Virus record (IMG/VR): IMGVR_UViG_3300045988_173421 | Coordinates: 1-53,326 of that record | DNA from: a virus | Direction: 5' to 3' (one strand) | Length of the DNA: 53,326 nt | Shown here: piece after piece, positions 27,501 through 35,789 of the stretch | Numbering within the stretch: the stretch's first letter is position 1 | Layout of the letters: every line of letters begins with the position of its first letter | Made by a program: the position numbers and the translations under genes | The notes under the pieces: model-generated | Seen by the model: the letters and a program-made list of their open reading frames with translations, nothing else | Databases searched by the model: none | Told to the model about the DNA's origin: nothing

Positions 27501-28068
27501 GAGAAATTGCTTGATTTTTTGCTTGAGCGAAACCTGAACTAACAAAACCAGTTACGGATTTCATGGCACGTTGAATGGTTCCTGGTAATTCTATGACTTT
27601 ATCGACAGGCTTTTTAATCAAATCCAGCAATGAATTTCCAATTGTCTTAAAGCCATTCTTCAGATCGGTAAAACTTGACTTCAAATTGGATACGCTGCTT
27701 TTCATTGAAATAACTAATGCTTTATTCATCGCTTTGCTATCTTTAGTCATTTCTGAATAGGATAATTTTGCATCGCTTTTCATCTGATCGAAATTCTTTT
27801 TCGAATCAGCAGATAAACTAGCATTTGCGCTTTTCATTTTCTGCGTCATTGATTGAAAACCAGTTGAAACTGTCTTCGCTGATTGGCTTCCTTTTTCGCC
27901 TAAATCTTTTGCAGTCTCAACCGTGTTACTGATTTTACTTGCCAAATCAGTAGCGGCCTCGCCAGTTCTTGTGAACCAGTTGAAAAAAGTGGCTACCGCC
28001 TTCTCAGCTGGTGCAGAGTCTGCTGTGATTTCTATATAAGCACCGCCAACTTTTGTACCTTCTGCCAT
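21559..28068 (-). CDS. Tape measure protein (2169 aa) with internal tandem repeats, a C-terminal lytic transglycosylase (SLT) domain and an M23 peptidase domain
   Basis: SLT motif QIQTESGGNPNAVNN..GLLQT; M23 motifs HQAIDLA and DHIHLN; multi-TM central repeats; RBS AAGGGAG. Confidence 0.9.
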   Translation of the reverse strand: MAEGTKVGGAYIEITADSAPAEKAVATFFNWFTRTGEAATDLASKISNTVETAKDLGEKGSQSAKTVSTGFQSMTQKMKSANASLSADSKKNFDQMKSDAKLSYSEMTKDSKAMNKALVISMKSSVSNLKSSFTDLKNGFKTIGNSLLDLIKKPVDKVIELPGTIQRAMKSVTGFVSSGFAQAKNQAISQIQSIPTKATQVLNRTKDVFVTGFNSIVNTTASAVSKIGNGLSQLPSKASQVASNIRTGFVNGIKSIPSVASNIWQSVKSGIKSISTSASDASRSVKNNLTSGFKSVFDKAKSIFPNIRNQIKSGVDDPSKSARKSVEDVASSIASIAIVAKAFDILRDSIGRAIDRIDTIDTATKSLTVLTGSAQMAKTVMDDLAAAIEGTPIALNDVAMGAKKMVAAGMEGTKVKGVFQAIADAAYGVGNGAESIDQITSAIAGMQSAGVVYADDINRLVDAGIPAWQILANASQKSVTDMKEAVSDGTLSAGDAIEQLRKGIEEGTNGVAGSTARMAGLAKTAGDTLSGSMANFRTAITTTIVKGLEPFKKVAVDALGSATASMKSFRDNTIGSEKVQEVLASIAKALENIGESANPLISIVKGLFAAMSSYGGLVLLFATLIKFGKWLLKFVEIATANPFIIITAAVIGLAVAITDLYKRSEKFRQLVAPLINFVKKLGETFVIAGNAIHGALQLIFVGGDRKKTEALRENLNQLLPQQTVNVIIDRLTALHKAFGEFKEKASEKFGLAAQAIKGSFDLIFVGGDRGKTEELKQTLNNLFPQETANKILERLTILHKAFDQFKKDASERVQVASNIIRSSLDQILHGGDRKQYEDLKLALADFLPQDTVNAIMNRITILHESFNRLKNGIQIVKDVLTGDMDFHSFSEAINTNMFSDATIQRFEKFYEIVQQIRRAFLGLKFIISGNITSLEGLTNLFGESFSENQLNMIYRLGQGIRNFVQGVKQQFAEFKIAIDKAFDGNFVPLLNIFKSLLPKIIAILVGGIPGLIITGSNLISKLAEGMGTTVPELLEKVSEIVLGLVTSFTEILPKMIEIGVNLLTNILQGILQTLIPLAQAAVTVAFTISKTIIETLLSVLPQLIESGVTILTAIITGIIQMLPNLISAVISLVEMILSLIITYLPKIIEAGMTILVALINGIMMMLPKLIELAFNLIISLVTTLIQSLPKIIEAGVKILGSLIQGILNVLPKLIELAIKLIITIVAILIQNLPKIIAAGVQILIALGKGILNTIGVLIKMLPQVVAAIFKAFGDVKWGKIGKDIIGGIGKGITDAAGSIKKAVTDVAGNVSKWFKDKLKIKSPSRVMAADASWVPAGIAVGIDKGKPIIQKAIESMTDLMTKAVQDAEPVGLSGNMIVTESYGMPDASQMQASAQQASQAGNQGMSDSTPQLLQTALSAANGILGQFSSISPSMVTQGSEWLSNFMTGWNSVLPSMMNVVSSFISNYTKVITAQNSPNYLMGRAWMQNKLNGWNSLVQTFINTVRNFCNQVINLLRSFYGAIYQTGRTWLQNLLNGWNSLYQTFINRVNQLGNDAINNLRSKSGGFNNAGRFLMQSLIDGINSMGGSLSATMNSVANKMVGGIGKGVNGVIGGVNYVLKEVESDKKLGAWTVPQYARGTEGHPADGPAIVNDQKGSKYQEIIQDPDGSTFMAKGRNALVWLKKGAKVLNATMTERVLKAQNNLGSMIPKYADGVGEFDIVDFLDDENAVLKFLNGKVDYKGINEPWLDMTKSGVKLMTGAANKMIQGELEKFFTHGTFDGAMGANNVYKYLVDIAQKMMSKFPGLTITSGYRAGDPYYHGKHQAIDLAYPGVVGSAKYTEAANWAFEKFAKQIAYVITNGKVRDRMGLSGTGSSGQWVTWPDGDHFDHIHLNGSMGGGDIFTGGSGSSSSSAVGYNPSAGVEQWRSLAIKALKMEGQYSVANLNAMLRQIQTESGGNPNAVNNWDINAQRGDPSRGLLQTISATFKAYARPGYDKNMVDPLSNMLASIRYAVSRYGSLLAAYRGVGYENGGWITQDGLYRAGEKGKPEVVLPVTKPARAMELIGQAISYMVNNGSNILDSASIGLNNLATNMTVNLAEIIGMETQDARNLMQSKSGGMINLTEIINLLKVNNELLHEIAVKDSSTYLDKKKISQELAEPIAKEIVRKGL
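24280..24900. repeat. About 105-bp tandem coding repeats inside the tape measure protein (LPKIIEAG..IL..LI.GI units)
   Basis: Recurrent ..tttaggcaa/cttcggcaa.. periodicity. Confidence 0.6.
25440..26000. repeat. Three repeats of about 210 bp inside the tape measure protein (GGDRxKTExL..LPQxT.N.I..R.T.LHxxF units)
   Basis: FVGGDR / HGGDR motifs at about 25575, 25770 and 25975. Confidence 0.6.
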
Positions 28069-28133
28069 TTGCTCAACTCCCTTCTATATGTATTTTTTAT
28101 TGGTATAATTATTCTCAAAGTGAGGTGAAAACT

Positions 28134-28538
28134 ATGAAACTAAATCAAAACTGCATTCGTGATATTCTCCTAGAACTCGAAGATGAACTTGGGTTTGACC
28201 TCCATATTTCAAAATACGATTTAGATGAACTAAAATCTTATAAAAAATATGGTGAGGATGAATTCCTTTATACTATTTCTAAGCTATCCGAAGCTGGATA
28301 TATTAACGAAAGTCATCAAGCTGGAGGAGATACGATGTATTACCAATTGATGATTCACTCTATAACTTGGGAAGGACACAAATTTTTAGATACTATTCGT
28401 GATAACCAAGTTTGGGCCGAGACGAAAAAGGTTGCATCTAAGTTTTCAAGTGTATCGGTCAATATGATTTCAACAATTGCATCTACCGTCATTACTAATC
28501 TTATTGAGAACCAAATGCGTCAAAGTGGTCTAATTTAA
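28134..28538 (+). CDS. Opposite-strand moron between the tail chaperone and the tape measure protein: hypothetical 134-aa protein with its own extended -10 promoter (TGGTATAAT at 28100-28108)
   Basis: RBS GAGGTGA. Only plus-strand gene in the structural block. Confidence 0.6.
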   Translation: MKLNQNCIRDILLELEDELGFDLHISKYDLDELKSYKKYGEDEFLYTISKLSEAGYINESHQAGGDTMYYQLMIHSITWEGHKFLDTIRDNQVWAETKKVASKFSSVSVNMISTIASTVITNLIENQMRQSGLI

Positions 28539-28713
28539 TCTCTGTATTTCCAACCAGAGCATATAGATTACCTTTTGCTTTCGGATGTTCGGAGAGAATC
28601 TCATCTAAAAACTCTTTATTTGTTAACATGGAATAACCATTATTTGATTCCATCACTCTTAAGATGTGATTTTCTCCATTCTCTTTATAAAAAGTGATTA
28701 CACTAGTTTTCAT
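28501..28713 (-). CDS. Hypothetical 70-aa protein overlapping the end of the chaperone extension
   Basis: RBS GGAAAGGAAG. Confidence 0.4.
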   Translation of the reverse strand: MKTSVITFYKENGENHILRVMESNNGYSMLTNKEFLDEILSEHPKAKGNLYALVGNTEIKLDHFDAFGSQ

Positions 28714-29043
28714 CGACTTTACTTCCTTTCCACCATTGAGTGGTGTCTATTCCCTCATCGTTTGCATTTTGAGTGATATTTTCTTTTGCGCTCTTGATAG
28801 CTTCTTCATAGGGCTTCATCAAATTAGATTCATAACCCTGTTGGCCGGTCAAATTACTCAAGAACATACCAACAGAATCAACAATCGCTACTTGAATCTC
28901 ATATTGACGAGCACGCCTTGATTCATATTCCTTCTTGTTTCCCCACTCATATTTTCGTCTCAGCCAACTAAACGACTGATCTAAAATCTCTGACTCAGGA
29001 ATATTATAAAAATGCGAAACATATTGTATTTGCTCAATTAGGC
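28714..29043 (-). CDS. -1 frame extension of the tail assembly chaperone (G-T-like; no start codon of its own, open from within the upstream gene)
   Basis: The frame stays open across the 29044 stop in the -1 frame; A-rich tract CAAAAAG near the junction. Confidence 0.5.
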
Positions 29044-29643
29044 TTATGGCGAAGGACTCAATTGCACTACTGATGCTTTTTGTGGTTCCACGGTCTGTTC
29101 CTTCTGAGACGCTTCCTTCACTTCTTCTTTGCTCATCGTGCGGAATTTCGGACGGATCTTTTTTACCAATGCGGTTAATTTTTCAATTGGTGTATTTGCT
29201 AGAAATTCAGCAATAATCAGTGAAGTATCAAAGAAATCCATTTCTTCTGTTTCGTCAGCTGTCTTATCCAAAAGAATGGCCAGAAGATTAGCAATTTTTT
29301 CGTCTGGAACTTCCGAAAGGAAGAATTCAACACCCTCTTCAATCGTTGGAAACTTAGTATTAAATAACGGATTGTTTTCCTCGTCAACTTTTTGCTTTCC
29401 TTCTTCATCCAAAATTGGCGTTACCTCAGTGTGATCTTTGCGCCAATCCGTAAACTTGCTATAGATAATCATTCCATCACCAGCAACAAACTTCACCAGT
29501 TGCAATACTTTCTTATTCGTTAAGCGTGGTACAGGAATCTTGCTACCATCACTTAACTCCACCATTTTCATTTCAGTTACTACGCTATTGATTTGTTCTA
29601 CTGTTGTACTTTCAGTCATGTTCTTCTCCTTTTTTTTAGACAA
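29044..29643 (-). CDS. Tail assembly chaperone (acidic, gpG-like)
   Basis: Position between the major tail protein and the tape measure protein; acidic composition. Confidence 0.6.
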   Translation of the reverse strand: MSKKKEKNMTESTTVEQINSVVTEMKMVELSDGSKIPVPRLTNKKVLQLVKFVAGDGMIIYSKFTDWRKDHTEVTPILDEEGKQKVDEENNPLFNTKFPTIEEGVEFFLSEVPDEKIANLLAILLDKTADETEEMDFFDTSLIIAEFLANTPIEKLTALVKKIRPKFRTMSKEEVKEASQKEQTVEPQKASVVQLSPSP

Positions 29644-29678
29644 AATAAAAGACCCTGCTGATAAGCAAGGCCATGTGA

Positions 29679-30497
29679 TTACAATACTTGTTCGATTTCA
29701 ATGAAGACATTTTCGTCTTCGGGAAGATCATCTTGAGCGAATGAAGTAAACGAAACTGGAAGTGTTGCCTTCTCTTTTCCGTGATTTGTTTCGACATTAT
29801 CGCTGATCTTCACTTCATAATAGTGGACCATTAAGAATGTCCCGTCTTCACGTTTTACAATGAGAGTTAAGCTATATGAAGCAATTGACGTTGGCGCACC
29901 ATAAGAAATCGTCTTAGTTCCAAGTTCTTTTACTGGTGTCAAAGTATCTGTTGTGGAATATGCTTTTGAGACACCTTTTTTCAGTGTGATAAGATCGTCT
30001 GCAGCTTGAACAGAAGAAATTTCAATAGTTTCATCACCAATTTTAGCAAAACGGACGGTTTCGAAATCAACGCCTTTACCAGAGGCTACTTTGATTTTTC
30101 GGTTACCTTTATTGATGGCCGCAGCTAGGGTCGCAGGATCACCGAGGTCGGCTGCTGTCTCGGTAATATCGCCACCAGCCATAGCTAACGAACGATTGTC
30201 AATTGAATTTTCCATTAATGTGGTACCAATAGTGTTGGTCCATCCGCTAATTGTTGTATCAATAGGAGTAACTGATTGGTCAATCGTTACTTCTTCTGTT
30301 TCGTTGCCACGAGAACGGCTGATACCTTCCGTTGTTCCACCAAGATCACGGAAACCTTCCTTTAGCTCAAAAGTTTTCATATCCATTACATCTGAAATTT
30401 TTGTTGGACGAAAAGTCGTATCTTCACCAATGATTAGACGTCCAGCGCCCCCTTGGATGTTCTTTTTATTAAAATGGAAAAATTGGTCTTTTGCCAT
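29679..30497 (-). CDS. Major tail protein
   Basis: Position and size. Confidence 0.65.
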   Translation of the reverse strand: MAKDQFFHFNKKNIQGGAGRLIIGEDTTFRPTKISDVMDMKTFELKEGFRDLGGTTEGISRSRGNETEEVTIDQSVTPIDTTISGWTNTIGTTLMENSIDNRSLAMAGGDITETAADLGDPATLAAAINKGNRKIKVASGKGVDFETVRFAKIGDETIEISSVQAADDLITLKKGVSKAYSTTDTLTPVKELGTKTISYGAPTSIASYSLTLIVKREDGTFLMVHYYEVKISDNVETNHGKEKATLPVSFTSFAQDDLPEDENVFIEIEQVL

Positions 30498-30751
30498 TAT
30501 TTAGTTCCCTCCTTCTTTTCTGTTTCTTCATAACTCCATGACGAGCTAGAAATTTTCAATTTTTGAAGTTGCTTCTCAGTCAATTCAAGGATTTCCCCAT
30601 GAATGATAACTTTCGGAACACCTTCGATATTGACGCTTAACGTCGTTCCAGCACCAGAATTCGATTTAGCCATTACTCTGACTTTCGATTCTTTATTTGC
30701 AACTGCTTCTTGCTTTGTTTCTTTTTTCTTATCTTGAGCTTTCTCTGCCAA
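30497..30751 (-). CDS. Hypothetical small structural protein
   Basis: ORF in the structural operon. Confidence 0.45.
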   Translation of the reverse strand: MAEKAQDKKKETKQEAVANKESKVRVMAKSNSGAGTTLSVNIEGVPKVIIHGEILELTEKQLQKLKISSSSWSYEETEKKEGTK

Positions 30752-30763
30752 AATAGTTCCTCC

Positions 30764-31117
30764 TTAATTTTCGAAATAGTTAATATACATGTAGCACCAC
30801 GCCTCGTCTTTTTTGGACACATCATCGACATTCGGAACTGGTGACATTTGAAAATCAATATCAAAGACATTGACACCCGCTATATCAGAAAAGTTCCGTT
30901 TTAAATAATTACCAATTTCTGTGCATTTCTCCAATGCCTCTATATCGCTTTCTGAGCGTACTAAAAGTTGTATGGTATTTTTCCCTATTGTCTTAACTAA
31001 AAGACAGGGAAGTGGTGCTGTGGCTTCAATTTTCCAAGTTCTAAACGAATTGAAATCTTCAAAAAAAGCAGCCTTCAGGAAATCCCGAATACTGCTTGAA
31101 GCATCGACAAAATCCAT
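30764..31117 (-). CDS. Tail completion / tail-terminator-like protein
   Basis: Position. Confidence 0.5.
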   Translation of the reverse strand: MDFVDASSSIRDFLKAAFFEDFNSFRTWKIEATAPLPCLLVKTIGKNTIQLLVRSESDIEALEKCTEIGNYLKRNFSDIAGVNVFDIDFQMSPVPNVDDVSKKDEAWCYMYINYFEN

Positions 31118-31131
31118 CGAGCTACCCCTTT

Positions 31132-31557
31132 CTATGTTCGTAAAACTTTCTTCATCACGTCCAAACCAGAACTGATCATCCGATCCATGCCGTTTTCAAG
31201 TCCTCTGGCGTAAATGTTGTAACGACCTTCTAGATAAATTGCGTATGGTACGCCTGATCCAGTCTTGAGAGTAGTTTTAGTTCCCGTCTCTTCCCATTCA
31301 TTAATGATCGGGCCAACAGCGGAACCGCTTGGACCCAAATAATGAGTAATGAATCCGAGCGAGTTAATGTACGCTGCAGTATCTATGTGATTATCAGCAG
31401 AAGTAACTTCTTTCGCACTCTTCGCCCATTCCTTAGCCATTTCAGAAACCAAAGCTTTTCTAGCATCTTTCATCGATCTTGAACCGCCGAGTGTCTCGGA
31501 ATCAAGTGAAATCGATACTGCTGCAAATTTCGACTTGTACTGCATTTTCTTCTTCAT
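31132..31557 (-). CDS. HK97 gp10-like head-tail joining protein
   Basis: Position and size. Confidence 0.5.
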   Translation of the reverse strand: MKKKMQYKSKFAAVSISLDSETLGGSRSMKDARKALVSEMAKEWAKSAKEVTSADNHIDTAAYINSLGFITHYLGPSGSAVGPIINEWEETGTKTTLKTGSGVPYAIYLEGRYNIYARGLENGMDRMISSGLDVMKKVLRT

Positions 31558-31558
31558 G

Positions 31559-31918
31559 CTACTCAGCGCCCTTTAAGAAAACTTTGTAATGATGAAGCGT
31601 GCGATCGTCATAATGAGGCGTGATAGAGTCCACTTCAAGATTTGCCGTGGTGAGCAAATTCCCTTTATCATCCTTGATGTTTTCAACAGTCATTTGTGGA
31701 TCGACTGCTGTATCTGGTGTTAGATGCAAACTCATTTCTATTACTCGATCGGTACCAGACGAATTCCTTACATAAACTTTTTTCGTCATGAATCGACATT
31801 TGACAGTTTCAGGTTCATTTTTTTCATAGATAGGTCGTCCCCATTTATCCTCACCAACATACTTTTCTCCAGGCAATGTCAGGTCGCATGTATGAATCAA
31901 TAAATCATCAAACAACAC
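31559..31918 (-). CDS. Head closure / head-tail adaptor
   Basis: Position. Confidence 0.5.
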   Translation of the reverse strand: MLFDDLLIHTCDLTLPGEKYVGEDKWGRPIYEKNEPETVKCRFMTKKVYVRNSSGTDRVIEMSLHLTPDTAVDPQMTVENIKDDKGNLLTTANLEVDSITPHYDDRTLHHYKVFLKGAE

Positions 31919-32324
31919 CGATTCTCACGCTCCTTTTTCGTAGGAGTCCTGTTCCCTCCAAAAACATTAAGCAAGAAGGCGCTACTCTCCCAGCTTGTCG
32001 GCTAGTAGATCCACCACTTGCAGATCGGCTATAGTCACCGATGGAATAGCTTAATGAACTTTTGGGCGTTCCTGTTATATCTACATCAATACCTTCAACT
32101 TGATAGTACTCGATCTGGGCGCAACATGCTTTCTTGATCAGTTCTTGAACATCCTCAGAAAACTTATCTAACCCTATTTTGAGAATCTGATACTCTGTCA
32201 ACGCGTCAACTATTTCAGTTGCACGTTTAGAAAATCGAGAGAACTTGCCATTTTCGACAGGTGTTCCCTCGAATACTTCTTCATAATACTTTTCGTCAAC
32301 ATAAGCTTGAGCCATACCGCCCAC
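31908..32324 (-). CDS. Head-tail connector protein
   Basis: Position. Confidence 0.5.
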   Translation of the reverse strand: MGGMAQAYVDEKYYEEVFEGTPVENGKFSRFSKRATEIVDALTEYQILKIGLDKFSEDVQELIKKACCAQIEYYQVEGIDVDITGTPKSSLSYSIGDYSRSASGGSTSRQAGRVAPSCLMFLEGTGLLRKRSVRIGVV

Positions 32325-32645
32325 CTACTTTTCTAATGCTTTTTCAGCTTCGATAGCATCATTTTTGTTTCCGATAAAACTTTCACCATTAGACAACTGA
32401 TAGTTTCCACGACTAATCATTTTTGGAAACTCTGCGCTGGAAGCTTCTTCTGCTGATTGTTCTGTTTTATCATCATTACAAGCCTCTTCTTGTTCGACTG
32501 GCTCAAAAATGAATTTGAATGCATCCACAGTTTCCAAATACTTCTTTTCAGTTTCTGTGATTTCAGTTAGTGATGAAGATGTGATTTGTTTTTCACGAAA
32601 GAAATAATCTTTTCCTTCAACGGCACTTTTCACTGTATACTGCAT
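32325..32645 (-). CDS. Hypothetical head-associated protein
   Basis: Between the major capsid protein and the connector. Confidence 0.45.
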   Translation of the reverse strand: MQYTVKSAVEGKDYFFREKQITSSSLTEITETEKKYLETVDAFKFIFEPVEQEEACNDDKTEQSAEEASSAEFPKMISRGNYQLSNGESFIGNKNDAIEAEKALEK

Positions 32646-32658
32646 AAAAAACGACCTC

Positions 32659-33609
32659 CTAGATAATTTCGTGTTTTACATTGATAGCTTTTGCCACTGC
32701 GTCTTCTTCTTCAAATTTAGTATCTAGTTTCATCGTTAATACTATAATGAACGTCCGAGAACGGATGTCTTTATCGAATTCCAATCGAACATTACGAGAG
32801 ACACCTAATACAATATTTTTTGGGTGAGTTAGTAATAAGTCCGATACTTTTTCAGCTCCTCCGCTTACTGTAGCGTCGTAAGGCTGCAGCATCGCAATCC
32901 CTTTAGTAGGTACTCCATATGCAGCAGGACGATTTGTTCCCGTTAAAGTCGTATCACCAAGTCCGGTATTACGATTGGCAATTTCATCACGCCAGTTTAA
33001 TTCATTAACATGACTCATATAGTATCGGAAATCAGCTGGGTTTCGTAAATACTTAGCAGGTACAGAACCATAAAGCTTTTTCAATAGCGGACGTTTAAAG
33101 TCTCCGCCGTCGTGATCGACAATATGTGAAGTTGCTTGTTTTCGTAATCCATCCAACAATGCTAAGTATGGATCAGAAGAAGTTTTATCTCCATTGACAA
33201 TTAGCTCTTCAACATCCAAAGAAGCACGTTCTGCAATCATACTGATAATCGTATTGTGCAAATTTCCCCCTTCGATGTTGTTTTCCAACGTATCGTAAGA
33301 AATATTTACTTCAGCAATCACTTCTTTTGCATTCAATTCGATTTTACCTGTCGTTGGTTTTGATCGCTTGCTAGCATCTAAAGCTGTTGCTTCAACTCCA
33401 GGATGTAAGATACGTTGACCGAATCCGATTTTTTCAATTTTCATCGCATCTGACGTCATTGGGACAGTTCGTGCTTCATTAATGATCGTTGGCTGATCAA
33501 TCAGCATTTGATAAAACTTTTTGAATTGCATAGGATTCATTAATCCGCCAGCTGCTAAATCACTTAATGTCATCGTTGCTTTTTCAATAATTGATTGGTT
33601 ACTTGCCAT
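32659..33609 (-). CDS. Major capsid protein
   Basis: Size and position after the protease/scaffold. Confidence 0.7.
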   Translation of the reverse strand: MASNQSIIEKATMTLSDLAAGGLMNPMQFKKFYQMLIDQPTIINEARTVPMTSDAMKIEKIGFGQRILHPGVEATALDASKRSKPTTGKIELNAKEVIAEVNISYDTLENNIEGGNLHNTIISMIAERASLDVEELIVNGDKTSSDPYLALLDGLRKQATSHIVDHDGGDFKRPLLKKLYGSVPAKYLRNPADFRYYMSHVNELNWRDEIANRNTGLGDTTLTGTNRPAAYGVPTKGIAMLQPYDATVSGGAEKVSDLLLTHPKNIVLGVSRNVRLEFDKDIRSRTFIIVLTMKLDTKFEEEDAVAKAINVKHEII

Positions 33610-34691
33610 TATTCATTTCCTCCTTTTACTGAGAATAGACTTCCGAAAACATCTTCTTCTTTCTCAATCTGTTCTGTGTAATTTTGTTCTTGATTGTTAC
33701 TGAAACGAGCTTTTTCAAGCGTCTCAACCTTTTCATTCAAAGGAGCTACCGCTTCTTGAACTGCTTTAGTGATGTCTTCAGCAGTAAATGCTTCTTTTTT
33801 CACCTTTTTCTTAGCAGCAGCCTCTTCTTCCTTTTTCTTCTTCTCTTCATCAGTAAGCTCGCCTTCACCATTTTTAGCGTCTTCTAATTTCTGAAGGCGC
33901 TCTGTGATTGGATTTAGAGCTTCACCTAATGCTTTTTTTAATTCTTCTTCTGTCATCTCGTGTTCCTCCTTTGATTTTTTCGTACTAAAAAAGGACTTGA
34001 TCCCATTAACCACGCCCTGCTTTGTTACTGCTTTAGTTGTTTGTATGGTTCCGATTAATTCGGATAATTCACTTACCTCTTTTTGAATTTCTGCAACTTT
34101 ATCTGCATCATCGGACGAATAGTTGTCTAATATGGACCATGCAGCAGATTGGAAAGCTTCGATAGCCGCGTTCACATCTCGGAAAGTCTTCCTTCGATTG
34201 AAATTGTTTTTCGTCTGTTTTTTGATTTCTTCAACCTCTGCAGTTCCAGCGAGTGAATATCCTGTGAATTCTCCTTTTTGAATATCTTCCCACATTTCGT
34301 CTGTCGCTTTTGTTACGAGTACCCATGTTCCCTTAGTGATTGTTGTGTCGTTAATTGTCATTTCGACAGGCGCTACATAGCTTTCAACAACTTTACCAGC
34401 ACTAGTGGTAAAATCATGCTGCTTATCAATTTGTTGGTAGTCTTCCATAAAGCTATGTGCCGCTTTTTCGATCGTCTCAGCATCCATATAATCGCCGTGA
34501 GCATCTTCTGTTTCAGGTTCATAAACAACACCATATACAAGCTTTTGCGGGTCGTCAGCTTTCGTCACGAGCTTGACAGCCGTTTCAAATGTCGGTTTGC
34601 CTTCCGCTTTTGTCAGGAAAAATGATTTCTTATTCGCCGCTTTGTCAACGTAAGACACGTGTGTTACTTTTACATTTTCTAGTTTTCGCAT
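33609..34691 (-). CDS. Prohead protease (XkdF-like) / scaffold fusion
   Basis: RBS AAGGTGGTGA before M44 of the ORF; Glu/Lys-rich coiled-coil C-terminus typical of scaffold proteins. Confidence 0.6.
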   Translation of the reverse strand: MRKLENVKVTHVSYVDKAANKKSFFLTKAEGKPTFETAVKLVTKADDPQKLVYGVVYEPETEDAHGDYMDAETIEKAAHSFMEDYQQIDKQHDFTTSAGKVVESYVAPVEMTINDTTITKGTWVLVTKATDEMWEDIQKGEFTGYSLAGTAEVEEIKKQTKNNFNRRKTFRDVNAAIEAFQSAAWSILDNYSSDDADKVAEIQKEVSELSELIGTIQTTKAVTKQGVVNGIKSFFSTKKSKEEHEMTEEELKKALGEALNPITERLQKLEDAKNGEGELTDEEKKKKEEEAAAKKKVKKEAFTAEDITKAVQEAVAPLNEKVETLEKARFSNNQEQNYTEQIEKEEDVFGSLFSVKGGNE

Positions 34692-34921
34692 TTTATCACC
34701 ACCTTTCGCTGTTCTCGATTCATTAGATATGGCTTCAAGCCGGATCACCTGTCCTTTCTGGCAAAGACTGCCGATCGTCTTCTTTATTCGATTCATCAGG
34801 AGGCTTTCTCTCATAATCAAGTAAATTCAAATGAGTCTTATGGAACAGTAATAACAAGCTAGTTAACGTCATCTGTCGAAAGTTACTACAGTTTTCTTGG
34901 TTTTCCATATCTTTCACTCCT

Positions 34922-35788
34922 TTAATCTACTGGCGGTTTTTCAATCTCATATTCAATTTCATTTTTTGAACGATCGAAAATCGGATCAAGCCAACAGTGA
35001 CAATAGATGGTTTCCTTAATTGGCGCTAATGGATCACGCGGATATCGAATGAATGTGCCATTGATATAGAAAAACTCCCCTTTGGCCGCCGTCATTCCAT
35101 CAGCGGATACATGTGCCGATCGTGGCTCCTTAACACCATCAGCATGCCGCCACGTACTTCCAATCACATGACGGTTTAGCATCATCGCTTCGTATTGAGA
35201 ACCGCTATACATCCGAGTTATTTCAAGGATGGCGATCAATCGAGCGCGGACATATCCGAAAACTGCCAGTTCCGCTAAAGAAATACCTTCCTTTTTCTCC
35301 TCGTCGTCTTTTTCGTAATATTTATCGAGTTCACGACTAACCGCGCTTTCCGTTGTTTCACGCAGTTCATTGGGCAAATCCTTTAACCAATTTTTCAGTT
35401 CTTTATAGGCTTCTGAGTTTGCATCAAAAGGTAAATCACTACCGTATTGCTTTTTGAATACTTCCAGTAACGCAAAAAACGCCGCTTCTAATTCAGGAAC
35501 GATTTCATTTTTCATCGTTGAATCAAAAGAGCGATTTTTCATTGCTCGCTTTAATTGTTTTTCGGTTGGCGGCTTCTTCTTGAATTTCTGGATCAACTTA
35601 TCAACTATGTTTTGCAGTTCCTCGTAATCTGTCTGAAAGGCATCTTCAATCTTTATTTCTACCAACAAAATGTACTCCATTAGCAAATCGACAAACTGAT
35701 ATTCTGCATTTTCCAGTAGCTTCTTTAGTTCCTTGTCCTCTTCTTCTTTGATTAGAAAAGCCAATTCTATCATTTGAGAATCATCCAT
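34922..35788 (-). CDS. Minor head protein (SPP1 gp7-like head morphogenesis)
   Basis: Follows the portal. Confidence 0.6.
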   Translation of the reverse strand: MDDSQMIELAFLIKEEEDKELKKLLENAEYQFVDLLMEYILLVEIKIEDAFQTDYEELQNIVDKLIQKFKKKPPTEKQLKRAMKNRSFDSTMKNEIVPELEAAFFALLEVFKKQYGSDLPFDANSEAYKELKNWLKDLPNELRETTESAVSRELDKYYEKDDEEKKEGISLAELAVFGYVRARLIAILEITRMYSGSQYEAMMLNRHVIGSTWRHADGVKEPRSAHVSADGMTAAKGEFFYINGTFIRYPRDPLAPIKETIYCHCWLDPIFDRSKNEIEYEIEKPPVD

Positions 35789-35789
35789 C

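Noticed and set aside
21692-27760. Multiple plus-strand ORFs (60-170 aa) inside the tape-measure gene region
   Set aside because: They are antisense to a long, well-supported CDS. They have repeat-driven low-complexity composition and no RBS, so they are spurious.
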